NCBI RefSeq assembly: GCF_024102715.1
Contig: NZ_JAGFJM010000009.1
Location: 4,041 to 68,040 of the forward strand
Origin: Nitrosomonas communis
Lineage (GTDB): Bacteria > Pseudomonadota > Gammaproteobacteria > Burkholderiales > Nitrosomonadaceae
DNA length: 64,000 bases
Direction: 5' to 3'
Below the pieces are notes generated by a model that saw nothing but the letters and a program-made list of their open reading frames with translations, was not told where the DNA came from and made no database searches. Below, piece by piece: positions 53,913-63,824 of the stretch. Position numbers and translations under genes: made by a program. Position 1 is the stretch's first letter; the number at the start of each line of letters is the position of its first letter.

Positions 53913-55133
53913 TTAAAAACGGTAGGAAATCTGGGCAGCAAAAAGATTCCAATGTTGATCGGTAAAAGCAGGATCAGGATTATCCAATGTAGAGAGCCAG
54001 GCTGTGCCATTTACGCGATGATACTCACCGCGTAACATAATTGCAGGGGTGATATTCCAGCGCACTCCCACAGTCAAATCCTTAGCAAATCGACTATCAG
54101 CAGGGAGCCCGGTTTTAGCACGCCATTCACTGCCATCTCGATCCTTTCTATCTGTAAACAGTACATCATACCGCAAGACGGCTTCCCAGGCTGGATTAAA
54201 GCGGTAAATACCCTGGAAATAAAAACTTTCTCCGGTAAAGCTCTGATCAACGAGAGGATGAAAATTCTTCAACTCGATATAGCGCAGTGCATATTCTGAG
54301 GTAATACTCCAGTGCTCGGCATTATATTGCGCAGAAAAAATTAACGGAACGAATTCAATTGAACCTGCGCTCAAAAAATCCCTCGCTGCTGGATCATACC
54401 CTGCATTGACCTGTGCTCCACTTACTCCTAAACGCAACCGCCCGCCGTCTCGCTCATAAATCATACGACCTAAATATGATAGTCTCGTCGTTAGATCACC
54501 TGGTTGATTCTTTCGCAAAATAGCTGCTTCGGTGCTTTTATCGTCAACTTGCGGAAAACCCGTTACAAACTGAACAGTAATGTCGCCCCAGTCGGCACGA
54601 GACTCCCCATACAATTGCACCCCATCTGAGGCCAGCCCCAAATTACGCGCCCGATCGAAGTAAATCGATTGTGGCAGCAAAATACTCGGCCGGGTAAAGG
54701 GCACATCGCGAGTTTCATTATAAAAACCAAAAGGATTTTTGGTTCGCCCTAAACGTATTCCGAATTCTTTAGCCTCGGTAGTAATCGCAGTGTAATCGAC
54801 AAAGCCATAATCGATACGTATGCCACCTTTACTATCTTCGCCTGTCTGGCGCGACAGCAATTGCCCTGAGAATTGAAGATTCGTCAGAGGACGATACGAT
54901 GCATTCACCCCGATCTCTCTAAAATCGAAACTACCCCGCCCCCGGGTGCTATCGCCAAACACGTCATTTCTTGTTGACGTTGTCTTGATGTACCCTTGAC
55001 TCAAAAAACCATGCACTTGCAAGCTTTTCAGCTCTTGCGCATCTGCCGCCTTAATGCACGATGGATGCAGTATAGTCAATAGCAACACTAACCGGATCAA
55101 AGAACCAATCAATATGACAGATTTATTCAACAT
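53913..55133 (-). CDS. Outer-membrane beta-barrel protein (porin-like), unknown function
   Basis: Signal peptide, amphipathic strands, C-terminal QISYRF. ATG 55133 preferred; the ORF extends to 55154. Confidence 0.75.
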   Translation of the reverse strand: MLNKSVILIGSLIRLVLLLTILHPSCIKAADAQELKSLQVHGFLSQGYIKTTSTRNDVFGDSTRGRGSFDFREIGVNASYRPLTNLQFSGQLLSRQTGEDSKGGIRIDYGFVDYTAITTEAKEFGIRLGRTKNPFGFYNETRDVPFTRPSILLPQSIYFDRARNLGLASDGVQLYGESRADWGDITVQFVTGFPQVDDKSTEAAILRKNQPGDLTTRLSYLGRMIYERDGGRLRLGVSGAQVNAGYDPAARDFLSAGSIEFVPLIFSAQYNAEHWSITSEYALRYIELKNFHPLVDQSFTGESFYFQGIYRFNPAWEAVLRYDVLFTDRKDRDGSEWRAKTGLPADSRFAKDLTVGVRWNITPAIMLRGEYHRVNGTAWLSTLDNPDPAFTDQHWNLFAAQISYRF

Positions 55134-55578
55134 GAAGGATCTGGATGCTGTCATCTATATTCACTCTCTTCAAATAACCGATAGCGCCCGGGGTGGTAGC
55201 GACCCGCACGCGCATTTCTTCTTCAGAATTAACTAGAAAGGGTGCCTGACCTGTGCCTGAAAAGATAAGCCGATCCCATGCCGAACGTAATTGATAGGGA
55301 AAAATGTTGAGTTTCTCTTTGGCAAAAAGATTATGCAACGGTGCATCGTCTGGCAACACGAATACTCTGATAGGAGAACCATCCTGCCATGCTCTTAGAC
55401 GCATGCCAAAAATAGCACGTAAAGAATTTCTGGAAAGATGCCGGATACCAACACCTGAGTGGACGATTACCTCAACAGGATCGCTGGTTTGGGTTGCACT
55501 TACAGCGAGTGGCGCACAAATTAACAAAAAGAGCAGAAAAATACAACCCCAACAATGCTCAGTGATACGCGCAGCCAT
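55123..55578 (-). CDS. Small periplasmic protein resembling one lobe of a type II (PstS-like) binding protein
   Basis: Signal peptide ending AVSA, VEVIVH, LRAIF, W, GAIGYL; about 123 aa mature. Confidence 0.7.
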   Translation of the reverse strand: MAARITEHCWGCIFLLFLLICAPLAVSATQTSDPVEVIVHSGVGIRHLSRNSLRAIFGMRLRAWQDGSPIRVFVLPDDAPLHNLFAKEKLNIFPYQLRSAWDRLIFSGTGQAPFLVNSEEEMRVRVATTPGAIGYLKRVNIDDSIQILHVE

Positions 55579-55590
55579 ACTGAAAATGTG

Positions 55591-56406
55591 CTAGTAGGTT
55601 ACCATGCAAATATCAGTATAGGACGCTTCCTTCCGACAACTACATATCGATTTAAAAGCCTCGATATTTGCCGGCCAAATTCTGCCGTTATCAGTCGCAA
55701 GTTCCCAGATATCATGATGATTTGCGTGCAATCTCTCCAGCACGTCAAGCAAGCAAACATAATAAGGACGGCGCTCACCATAGTAATCCACTATTGGTCC
55801 AATAGGATTAAATTGCATGCCATAAAAACTAAATAACCTATTCAGAGCAGGATCCATTGCTGAAAACAAGTGGTAAATATCATATTTGGCACACAATTGA
55901 ATAATACCGATCGCCAACCCCAACATGGGATGTGGGAAGCGCCTGCGCCTACCTACATCTGACTGCCTTGGAATCTTGTTAACCGTAAAATCGAGATCAT
56001 TCTTTCGCCTGAAAAAATCACTAAGAATACCAAATCTAGAAATTTCAACTGCTTGCTTGCGTGGCACATTCAAATCTGCATATGCCGGGTAAAATTGAGT
56101 ATGTAATTCGACCGGAAATTTTTGCTCAATATCTGAGGAATTAGAACAAATCAAACGGGTAGTCCCCACAAATGTATTGGATGGTCTGTGCCTTAATAGT
56201 AAATGCAAAGAACGGTCATCATATTCATCACGCTCCAACTCGTCAGGATAACTTGTCGCATCGACATTTGGATATTTATTTTCAATACATAAAATCCGGT
56301 ATCTTAGATTAAATACATTTTCTAGTAATGATGGCGTGTCAGCAAAAACGACTTCGAAGTATTCATGAAATGCTGCAGTGATATCATTCATGACGATCCT
56401 TGGCAA
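55591..56406 (-). CDS. PEP-CTERM/exosortase-associated acyltransferase (LuxI/FeeM-like GNAT fold)
   Basis: LRYRILC, LERDEYDD, GTTRL, VEISRF, AMDPAL, GERRPY; divergent from prsK. Alternative ATG at 56391. Confidence 0.85.
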   Translation of the reverse strand: MPRIVMNDITAAFHEYFEVVFADTPSLLENVFNLRYRILCIENKYPNVDATSYPDELERDEYDDRSLHLLLRHRPSNTFVGTTRLICSNSSDIEQKFPVELHTQFYPAYADLNVPRKQAVEISRFGILSDFFRRKNDLDFTVNKIPRQSDVGRRRRFPHPMLGLAIGIIQLCAKYDIYHLFSAMDPALNRLFSFYGMQFNPIGPIVDYYGERRPYYVCLLDVLERLHANHHDIWELATDNGRIWPANIEAFKSICSCRKEASYTDICMVTY

Positions 56407-57181
56407 CCAAGCTGGTTAAATTCCCGGCAAATAATTAATTGAGCTCATTTTACCGCTCAGCATTCAACTCAAATCAATGAAATGGTTTGAAGTCTTCCTT
56501 TATTTCAAAGGAATCAACATTCGTTAGAGAATCTAGAACTATCTCATATAAAAAACTCCAGCCCGCTATATTCTTTAAAAATAAGAAAGTTAAAAGTATA
56601 AATACTATCGTTTTTTCAAACGCATTTAATCAGTTTTTGTTAAAACCTTATTCTTTGATGTTATTTATAATAATTGTCGCCAAAACACGACGAATTATTA
56701 TATTCGCCGAAACTATCATGAAATGATGAAAAAATATATAAAAAGAAAACACAACAAGAAAATTGAGTGGCACAAAATCAGAATGAATAATCCTATGTGA
56801 CTTTAAAACATTTAGACTGTTTGCAAATAATGCTTGCAATAATTTGTGTTTTTAAATAATCCCCCTGAGAAATTCTCACGACTCACATCAATATTGACGT
56901 TGTAGATGTAGTAAAAATGAAATTGACCAGCATTGAGAACAGAGGAATTCCAAGCTCAGTTGATGACAGATTTGCACTAGCAAAGGCCTATTCTCAATAA
57001 AACGGATGAAATGATCATGGAGCACAAGTCTGATAGCCGTATGCATTCTCGACAGGATATACAACCGAGAAACCGCAATATGTAAGAAATACAGCTTATT
57101 TCTTGGTCTCATCATAATAAACATGTAAGTATTGTTCTTTTAGATAAAAGTGGTGGATAAAAATCGAGTATTACTTCTATT

Positions 57182-59278
57182 ATGTTGACAACCATTACGG
57201 CAGCTAGTTATGCCACCGCAGCCGTGGCCTATTTTTTCTTATTTGTTCTTTTGCTGACGAACTGGCGCAACCGCCTATGTGGATTGCTGCTGGCAGTTGC
57301 CTGCCTGGTTTCTGTTTTCTGGACTGCAGCTATCGTAGGTCAATCACACTGGGGCTACCCGTCTCCTTTGTTGATACGAGTCCTGGAAATTTTCCGCAAT
57401 GCAGGCTGGTCCATATTCTTGATTGCGGTACTGAGTCCTTTTCAGCAGAGGAAAGAAGATTCTGCCTCTCTGAGCATAAGGTCAGTCATTGCAACAATTG
57501 CGGCGCTTTATCTTATTTTTTTCGCACTTGCTCTTTTTGTGAATAGTAGCAATGGCGCAGAATTCACCACACATGGGCTGCCTGACTCTTACAGCAATTT
57601 CTTTACCGGTGTGCTAATGGCTGTAATTGGCATGATTCTCGTTGAACAGTATTACAGGAATACGCTACCTGAACAACGCTGGGGAATAAAGTTCATCTGC
57701 TTAGGAATAGGAGGTATTTTTGTATATGATTTTTACTTATTTAGTGATGCGCTCTTGTTCAGAAAAATAAACAATGACATATGGATTGCTAGAGGGTGGG
57801 TAAATACTTTGGTTGTTCCTTTGATAGCGTTCTCAGCTGCACGCAAGCCAAAGTGGTCTGAAGGCATTTCATTATCACGGCATGTTCTATTCTATTCGTC
57901 TACCTTATTGGGTGCAGCCATCTACTTGCTTGTTATGGCAACTGTCGGCTACTACTTAAGGCTTTCTGGAGGGGCGTGGGGAACAGTTCTACAGCTGACT
58001 TTCTTATTTGGCGCAATTGTACTACTGATAATTTTACTATTTTCCGGCACTACTCGCTCATGGCTTAAAGTATTCATTAGTAAACATTTTTATAATTATA
58101 ACTATGATTACCGGGAAGAATGGTTGCGCTTTACCCGCACTCTTTCGGAGGGTGAACTTGAATTAAGAGCACGCGCAATCAAAGCGCTTGCTCAATTAGT
58201 GGAAAGTCCTGCTGGTGGACTATGGTTTAAACAGGAAAATGGAAGATATCAATTAATCGCATGTTGGAATATTTTTCTAGAAAATAAAATTGTCAAAGAT
58301 GACGACAAGCTTTGTCTATTCTTGAAAGAAAAAGCATGGGTTATCGATTTACGGGAATATTGCTTGGATCCCAAAAAATACTCTGCTTTGATATTGCCGG
58401 ATTGGTTATCTGATATTCCAAAATCCAGATTGATCGTGCCATTAATCTTGCATAGAGAATTGCTCGGATTTGTCGTATTGATCGAGCCCAGGAGTACTAT
58501 CAACTTAAATTGGGAGGTTAGGGATTTATTGCGGGTAGCAGGCACGCAGGTAGCAAGTTATTTGGCACAATACGAAGCTACCAATGCGCTCTCAATTGCA
58601 CGCCAATTCGAATCTTTCAATCGCATGTCAACTTTCATCGTGCATGACATCAAGAATCTGATTTTTCAATTATCTTTATTGCTTTCGAATGCTGAGAAGC
58701 ATAAAGATAATCCGGAATTTCAGAAAGATATGATTGAAACGGTAAATTTTTCGGTAAATAAAATGAAACGATTACTCGAAAAGTTAAGTAATGGCAGTCA
58801 ATCGGAAAAGCAGGAGGTACTTAACCTTGATCAATTATTACAGCAAATCATCGAGAGAAATTCCTTCAATATGCCAAGACCTGCGCTTGAAATTATTGAT
58901 TCCGGTCTGATGGTAGAAGCTAATTATCCTCGGCTTGAGCGAGTAATCAGCCATCTGGTTCAGAATGCGATTGAGGCCACCCCTAAAAATGGTCAGGTTT
59001 GGGTCCGACTCGCAAGAAAGGATAATTCTGCTGTAATAATAATCAAAGACACAGGTCATGGCATGAGTGAGCAATTTATTCAGAAAAAGCTTTTTGAGCC
59101 TTTTGAATCTACTAAAACAGCTGGTATGGGTATCGGTGTTTTCGAGAGCAAGGAATATATTAACGAGCTCGGAGGACAACTAGATGTTAATAGCCAGGAA
59201 TCAGTAGGAACAACTTTCTCGATTATTCTGCCGCTTTTTCAACACTATCAGGAAAATAAAGTTGCCTCTCAAGATTAA
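57182..59278 (+). CDS. prsK: PEP-CTERM (exosortase A) system histidine kinase
   Basis: Multi-TM N-terminus, YDYREEWL, GAF-like region, FIVHDIKN H-box, QNAIEA, DTGHGM, GMGIG. Confidence 0.92.
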   Translation: MLTTITAASYATAAVAYFFLFVLLLTNWRNRLCGLLLAVACLVSVFWTAAIVGQSHWGYPSPLLIRVLEIFRNAGWSIFLIAVLSPFQQRKEDSASLSIRSVIATIAALYLIFFALALFVNSSNGAEFTTHGLPDSYSNFFTGVLMAVIGMILVEQYYRNTLPEQRWGIKFICLGIGGIFVYDFYLFSDALLFRKINNDIWIARGWVNTLVVPLIAFSAARKPKWSEGISLSRHVLFYSSTLLGAAIYLLVMATVGYYLRLSGGAWGTVLQLTFLFGAIVLLIILLFSGTTRSWLKVFISKHFYNYNYDYREEWLRFTRTLSEGELELRARAIKALAQLVESPAGGLWFKQENGRYQLIACWNIFLENKIVKDDDKLCLFLKEKAWVIDLREYCLDPKKYSALILPDWLSDIPKSRLIVPLILHRELLGFVVLIEPRSTINLNWEVRDLLRVAGTQVASYLAQYEATNALSIARQFESFNRMSTFIVHDIKNLIFQLSLLLSNAEKHKDNPEFQKDMIETVNFSVNKMKRLLEKLSNGSQSEKQEVLNLDQLLQQIIERNSFNMPRPALEIIDSGLMVEANYPRLERVISHLVQNAIEATPKNGQVWVRLARKDNSAVIIIKDTGHGMSEQFIQKKLFEPFESTKTAGMGIGVFESKEYINELGGQLDVNSQESVGTTFSIILPLFQHYQENKVASQD

Positions 59279-59483
59279 ATGTACTTTGTTATATCCTGTT
59301 TCGCGTTCATTCTGATAGATTACGCATAAAACTTGGTTTGCTATCATGCATACTGGCTTTCGGAAAAATATTTTTAATTTACCCAGCAAAATGTCAATAT
59401 AGGCTTCTGATTTTTTATACATTTTAGTATCTGCAAGATACCCCAGCAAATTTAGTTAATATGTCGAAACGTAATGTAAAAAG

Positions 59484-60842
59484 ATGAAGGTAAATAGTAG
59501 CCAAAAAAAATTACTCGTGATCGAAGATGATCCCGGTTTACAAAAACAATTACGCTGGAGTTTTGATGATTACGAAGTTTTCGTAGCAGCGGATCGCGAA
59601 AGTGCGCTGGCACAAGTGCGCCGACATGAGCCTGCGGTTGTAACAATGGATCTTGGTTTGCCGCCAGATCCTGATGGTGCGTCGGAAGGGTTGGCTACCT
59701 TACAGCAGATCCTCGCGCTTGCGCCTGATACCAAAGTAATTGTTCTGACAGGTAATCAGAATCATGCAAATGCCTTGAAGGCAATTGAATTAGGTGCATA
59801 TGATTTTTATCAAAAGCCTTATGATCCCAAAATGTTAAGTCTAATCGTTGATAGAGCCTTTTATTTGTATAGTCTGCAACGTGAAAATCGTAGCCTTTTA
59901 CTATCTCATTTGGATTCTCCCATTTCAGGAATTATCACACGCGATCCGGACATGATTAAAATGTGCCGCAACATTGAAAGAGTTGCGACTTCAGATGCAA
60001 CAGTTATGTTGCTAGGCGAAAGCGGCACAGGCAAAGAAGTTTTGGCCAGAGCGCTCCACCAGTTGAGCAGCCGGAAAGAAGCACGCTTCATCGCGATTAA
60101 TTGTGCTGCTATCCCTGAGACATTACTCGAAAGTGAGTTGTTTGGTTACGAGAAAGGAGCTTTTACTGGTGCAGTTAAGCAAACGCTAGGTAAAATTGAG
60201 TTAGCCCAAGGTGGTACTTTCTTTCTGGACGAAGTAGGTGATTTACCGATATCGTTGCAGGCAAAACTACTTCGTTTTCTGCAGGAAAGAGTGATTGAGC
60301 GAATTGGAGGGCGGGAAGAAATTTCTGTCGATGTGCGCGTTGTTTGTGCAACCCATCGGAATCTCAAAAAACTAATTGAAGAAGGCTGTTTTCGTGAGGA
60401 CTTGTTTTATCGTTTAGGTGAAATTTCCATTAAGATTCCCCCTCTGCGCAACCGAGTAGGCGATGCAGTACTACTGGCACATCATTTCAAAAATAAGTTT
60501 TCTGCAAAAGAAGGACGTCAGCCGCTGAGTTTCAGCCAGGAAGCGCTGGCCGCAATTGAAGCTCACCAATGGCCGGGTAATGTCCGGGAAATGGAAAATT
60601 GCATAAAACGCGCTGTGATCATGACGGAAGGGCCGCAGATTAGCGCAGATGATTTGGGGCTTCAAGAGTCGGAAATCCCGACAGAACCAATGAATTTACG
60701 GGAAGTACGTGAACGAGAAGAATGCAAGGCCCTAGTTAGGGCGCTAGCAAAGGTAGATGGTAATATTGCAAAAGCAGCGGAATTGCTCGGCGTTAGCCGA
60801 CCGACTTTATATGATCTGATGAACCGGCACGGCCTCAAATAA
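59484..60842 (+). CDS. prsR: PEP-CTERM sigma-54 response regulator
   Basis: Receiver (EDD, MDLGLPP), GESGTGKE, GAFTGA, WPGNVRE, Fis-type HTH GVSRPTLY. Confidence 0.93.
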   Translation: MKVNSSQKKLLVIEDDPGLQKQLRWSFDDYEVFVAADRESALAQVRRHEPAVVTMDLGLPPDPDGASEGLATLQQILALAPDTKVIVLTGNQNHANALKAIELGAYDFYQKPYDPKMLSLIVDRAFYLYSLQRENRSLLLSHLDSPISGIITRDPDMIKMCRNIERVATSDATVMLLGESGTGKEVLARALHQLSSRKEARFIAINCAAIPETLLESELFGYEKGAFTGAVKQTLGKIELAQGGTFFLDEVGDLPISLQAKLLRFLQERVIERIGGREEISVDVRVVCATHRNLKKLIEEGCFREDLFYRLGEISIKIPPLRNRVGDAVLLAHHFKNKFSAKEGRQPLSFSQEALAAIEAHQWPGNVREMENCIKRAVIMTEGPQISADDLGLQESEIPTEPMNLREVREREECKALVRALAKVDGNIAKAAELLGVSRPTLYDLMNRHGLK

Positions 60843-61005
60843 GCGCCGCCCTGACATCGGTTATTTTAAGATGATTGACAAGTTACTCATTATTCTTGAA
60901 TTTTTAAAGCTCACTGGTGGATCGGTAAATGCCTCGCCTTTAGGTGAAGGATACTAAGACTACACGCATGCAAACCGCCGGCTTTTAACCGCTAGCGCAT
61001 TCACA

Positions 61006-62592
61006 ATGCCCCATCTTTTTCATGAATTGATTTTTAGCACTGCAAATCGAGGCATTGATACTGAAGCGCTCGTGTACCAACAGCAGAGATTGGATTATGC
61101 CGCCTTGGCGCGAGAAGTGGAGCTTGCAGCAGGCGGACTGCTGGCTCTGGGATTAGGAAAAGGGGAGCGTGTTGCGGTTTATCTGGAAAAACGATTCGAA
61201 ACGGTTATTGCCATGTTTGCCACATCTGCAGCAGGCGGCGTTTTTGTACCGATTAATCCACTACTTAAAGCAGAACAAATCGCTTACATTCTGAAAGATT
61301 GTAACGTCAGGATATTGGTCACTTCGGCTGAGCGGTTTAATTTAATCATATCAGTGTTACCACAGTGTCACGACCTGCGTGTTGTAGTCATAGCCGGTGC
61401 GGCGGAGAATTTACCTGTATTGACTGGTGTACATGTGCTGCGCTGGTCAGAAACACTGAGCGGAAGAAAATCAGTCTGTGCATTCCGGTGTATTGATAGC
61501 GACATGGCAGCAATTTTGTACACTTCGGGTAGCACAGGCAGACCCAAGGGGGTGGTACTTTCTCATCGTAATCTGGTCACTGGCGCAAAAAGTGTTGCCC
61601 AGTACCTAAAAAATAATCAGGATGACCGGATTTTATCCATTCTTCCATTCAGCTTTGATTATGGATTGAGCCAGCTGACGACAGCTTTTTATGTTGGTGC
61701 GACCAATGTGTTGATGAATTATTTATTACCACGCGACATCATCGACGAGGTAATACAAGAAAGCATCAGCGGTCTTGCTGCTGTCCCCTCGCTGTGGATT
61801 CAACTTGCTCAATTAAAGTGGGAAAAAGTTGTTTCACTGCGCTATATGACTAGTTCAGGGGGAGCAATGCCGCGGGCAACGCTGGAGCAGCTTCGTCGCA
61901 CGTTTCCACAAGCTCGCATATTTCTAATGTACGGCTTAACAGAAGCATTTCGTTCGACCTTTTTGCCGCCGGAGGAGCTAGACAGACGCCCCGATTCCAT
62001 TGGCAAGGCAATTCCCAATGTTGAAGTCTTCGTGTTACGCGAGGATGGTTCGCATTGCGCATCGGGTGAGCCTGGTGAATTGGTCCATCGCGGACCATTG
62101 GTGTCCATGGGTTATTGGAATGATGCTGAAAAAACGGCCAAATGCTTCAGACCATTATCACCGCGCCAACCTGGCCTGACCCTTCCTGAAATAGCAGTAT
62201 GGTCGGGTGATATCGTGCGTATGGATGAGGAAGGCTATTTATATTTTATTGGTCGCCACGACGATATGATCAAAACATCAGGCTATCGCGTCAGTCCTAC
62301 CGAAATCGAAGAAATCATCTATTCGACCAAGTACGTTGCAGAAGCAGCCGCACTCGGTGTGCCGCATCCTTCCTTAGGTCAGGCAATTGTCGTGGTAGCG
62401 GTACCTCTTGGCGGAGTAAATCTGGACTCAACGACATTACTGTCTGCTTGCAGACTTCACCTGCCTGCTTTTATGGTGCCTAGCCAGATAGTGTTACGGC
62501 AAGGTTACTTGCCGCGTAATCTCAATGGCAAAATCGATCGTAAAAGTTTGGCACAGGAGCTTCAATATACTTTTATGCCAGCAGAAACATGA
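61006..62592 (+). CDS. Acyl-CoA ligase (AMP-forming), exosortase A-associated
   Basis: YTSGSTGRPKG, SFDYGLSQ, YGLTEAFRST, SGD, KTSGYRVSP, NGKIDR; 4-bp overlap with the decarboxylase. Confidence 0.88.
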   Translation: MPHLFHELIFSTANRGIDTEALVYQQQRLDYAALAREVELAAGGLLALGLGKGERVAVYLEKRFETVIAMFATSAAGGVFVPINPLLKAEQIAYILKDCNVRILVTSAERFNLIISVLPQCHDLRVVVIAGAAENLPVLTGVHVLRWSETLSGRKSVCAFRCIDSDMAAILYTSGSTGRPKGVVLSHRNLVTGAKSVAQYLKNNQDDRILSILPFSFDYGLSQLTTAFYVGATNVLMNYLLPRDIIDEVIQESISGLAAVPSLWIQLAQLKWEKVVSLRYMTSSGGAMPRATLEQLRRTFPQARIFLMYGLTEAFRSTFLPPEELDRRPDSIGKAIPNVEVFVLREDGSHCASGEPGELVHRGPLVSMGYWNDAEKTAKCFRPLSPRQPGLTLPEIAVWSGDIVRMDEEGYLYFIGRHDDMIKTSGYRVSPTEIEEIIYSTKYVAEAAALGVPHPSLGQAIVVVAVPLGGVNLDSTTLLSACRLHLPAFMVPSQIVLRQGYLPRNLNGKIDRKSLAQELQYTFMPAET

Positions 62593-63824
62593 CGATTATG
62601 CATCCAAAACATGCTCCCATAATGCAATTTCCGATTCACGATAATTGCCTCTACATAGGAGGGATTTCTGTAGTACGGCTAGCACAGCGAGTAGGTCAGA
62701 CGCCCTTTTATGCTTATGATAGAAAACTTATTACTGAACGCATCAACCTATTACGTCAATATCTGCCCGAGGAGATTCAACTTCACTACGCAATGAAAGC
62801 TAACCCCATGCCCGCTGTCGTTCAGCATCTGGTTGGGCTGGTAGATGGCATTGACGTCGCCTCTGCCGGAGAGATGAAGATTGCGCTAGACACTGGAATG
62901 CCTGCTGACAGGATTAGTTTTGCAGGTCCAGGCAAGAATGAGCGCGAGCTTGCTTGCGCCATTGCTGCAGGTATTGTTATCAGCATGGAATCCGAGCAAG
63001 AACTGGAACGCATCATGCTGTTAGCTGAACAAATGGGTATTTGTCCTAAAGTTACTGTACGAGTCAATCCAAATTTTGAACTTAAATCTTCTGGAATGAA
63101 AATGGCAGGAGGAGCAAAGCAGTTTGGTGTCGATGAAGAACGCGTTCCCGCCATGCTTACCCGTATAGGTCAATTGGGATTAGATTTGGAAGGGTTCCAT
63201 ATTTTCTGTGGATCACAGAATCTTAAGGCAGAAGCTATCCAGGAAGCGCATGAAAAGACTTTACAGCTAGGTTTGCACCTGGCACAGAACTCCCCTGTTC
63301 CAATTCGTACGTTGAATATAGGGGGCGGTTTTGGGGTGCCTTATTTTCCTGGCGAAACACCACTTAATCTTGCTGCAGTGGGAGGGAATTTACGGCGTTT
63401 ATTACTTAAAGCAAGAGCAGAACTTGCTGGAACCCGGCTTGTGATTGAGCTGGGGCGCTACATTGTAGCGGAAGCCGGTATTTATGTCTGTCGTGTATTA
63501 GATAAGAAATTGTCGAGAGGACAGGTATTTCTCATCACAGATGGTGGCCTGCATCATCATCTGGCAGCTACAGGCAATTTTGGTCAGGTCATCCGCAAGA
63601 ATTATCCTGTAACTATCGGCAATAAAGCAGAAATTCCTGAAACTGAAATTGCATCGGTAGTGGGCCCCTTATGCACACCGCTCGATTTGCTGGCTGATCA
63701 GATCGAATTACCCAAGGCAGAAATTGGTGACTTGGTTGTCGTATTCCAGTCTGGTGCATATGGCCTGACAGCAAGTCCAACAGCTTTCCTGAATCACCCC
63801 ATTGCGCCAGAAGTGTTAGTCTAG
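62589..63824 (+). CDS. Pyridoxal-dependent decarboxylase (LysA-like fold), exosortase A-associated
   Basis: YAMKAN (PLP Lys), FAGPGK, HIFCGSQ, NIGGGFG, ELGRY, GPLCTPLD, SGAYG. Confidence 0.88.
   Translation: MTIMHPKHAPIMQFPIHDNCLYIGGISVVRLAQRVGQTPFYAYDRKLITERINLLRQYLPEEIQLHYAMKANPMPAVVQHLVGLVDGIDVASAGEMKIALDTGMPADRISFAGPGKNERELACAIAAGIVISMESEQELERIMLLAEQMGICPKVTVRVNPNFELKSSGMKMAGGAKQFGVDEERVPAMLTRIGQLGLDLEGFHIFCGSQNLKAEAIQEAHEKTLQLGLHLAQNSPVPIRTLNIGGGFGVPYFPGETPLNLAAVGGNLRRLLLKARAELAGTRLVIELGRYIVAEAGIYVCRVLDKKLSRGQVFLITDGGLHHHLAATGNFGQVIRKNYPVTIGNKAEIPETEIASVVGPLCTPLDLLADQIELPKAEIGDLVVVFQSGAYGLTASPTAFLNHPIAPEVLV

Noticed and set aside
56768-56782. Sigma-54 promoter (TGGCAC) in the prsK upstream spacer
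   Set aside because: The -12 TTGC element is absent (CAGA instead). I also found no TGT-N11-ACA enhancer-like site in 56407-57181.
56487-57124. 60-79 aa ORFs in the acyltransferase-prsK spacer
   Set aside because: AT-rich low-complexity translations on both strands with no RBS or motif.
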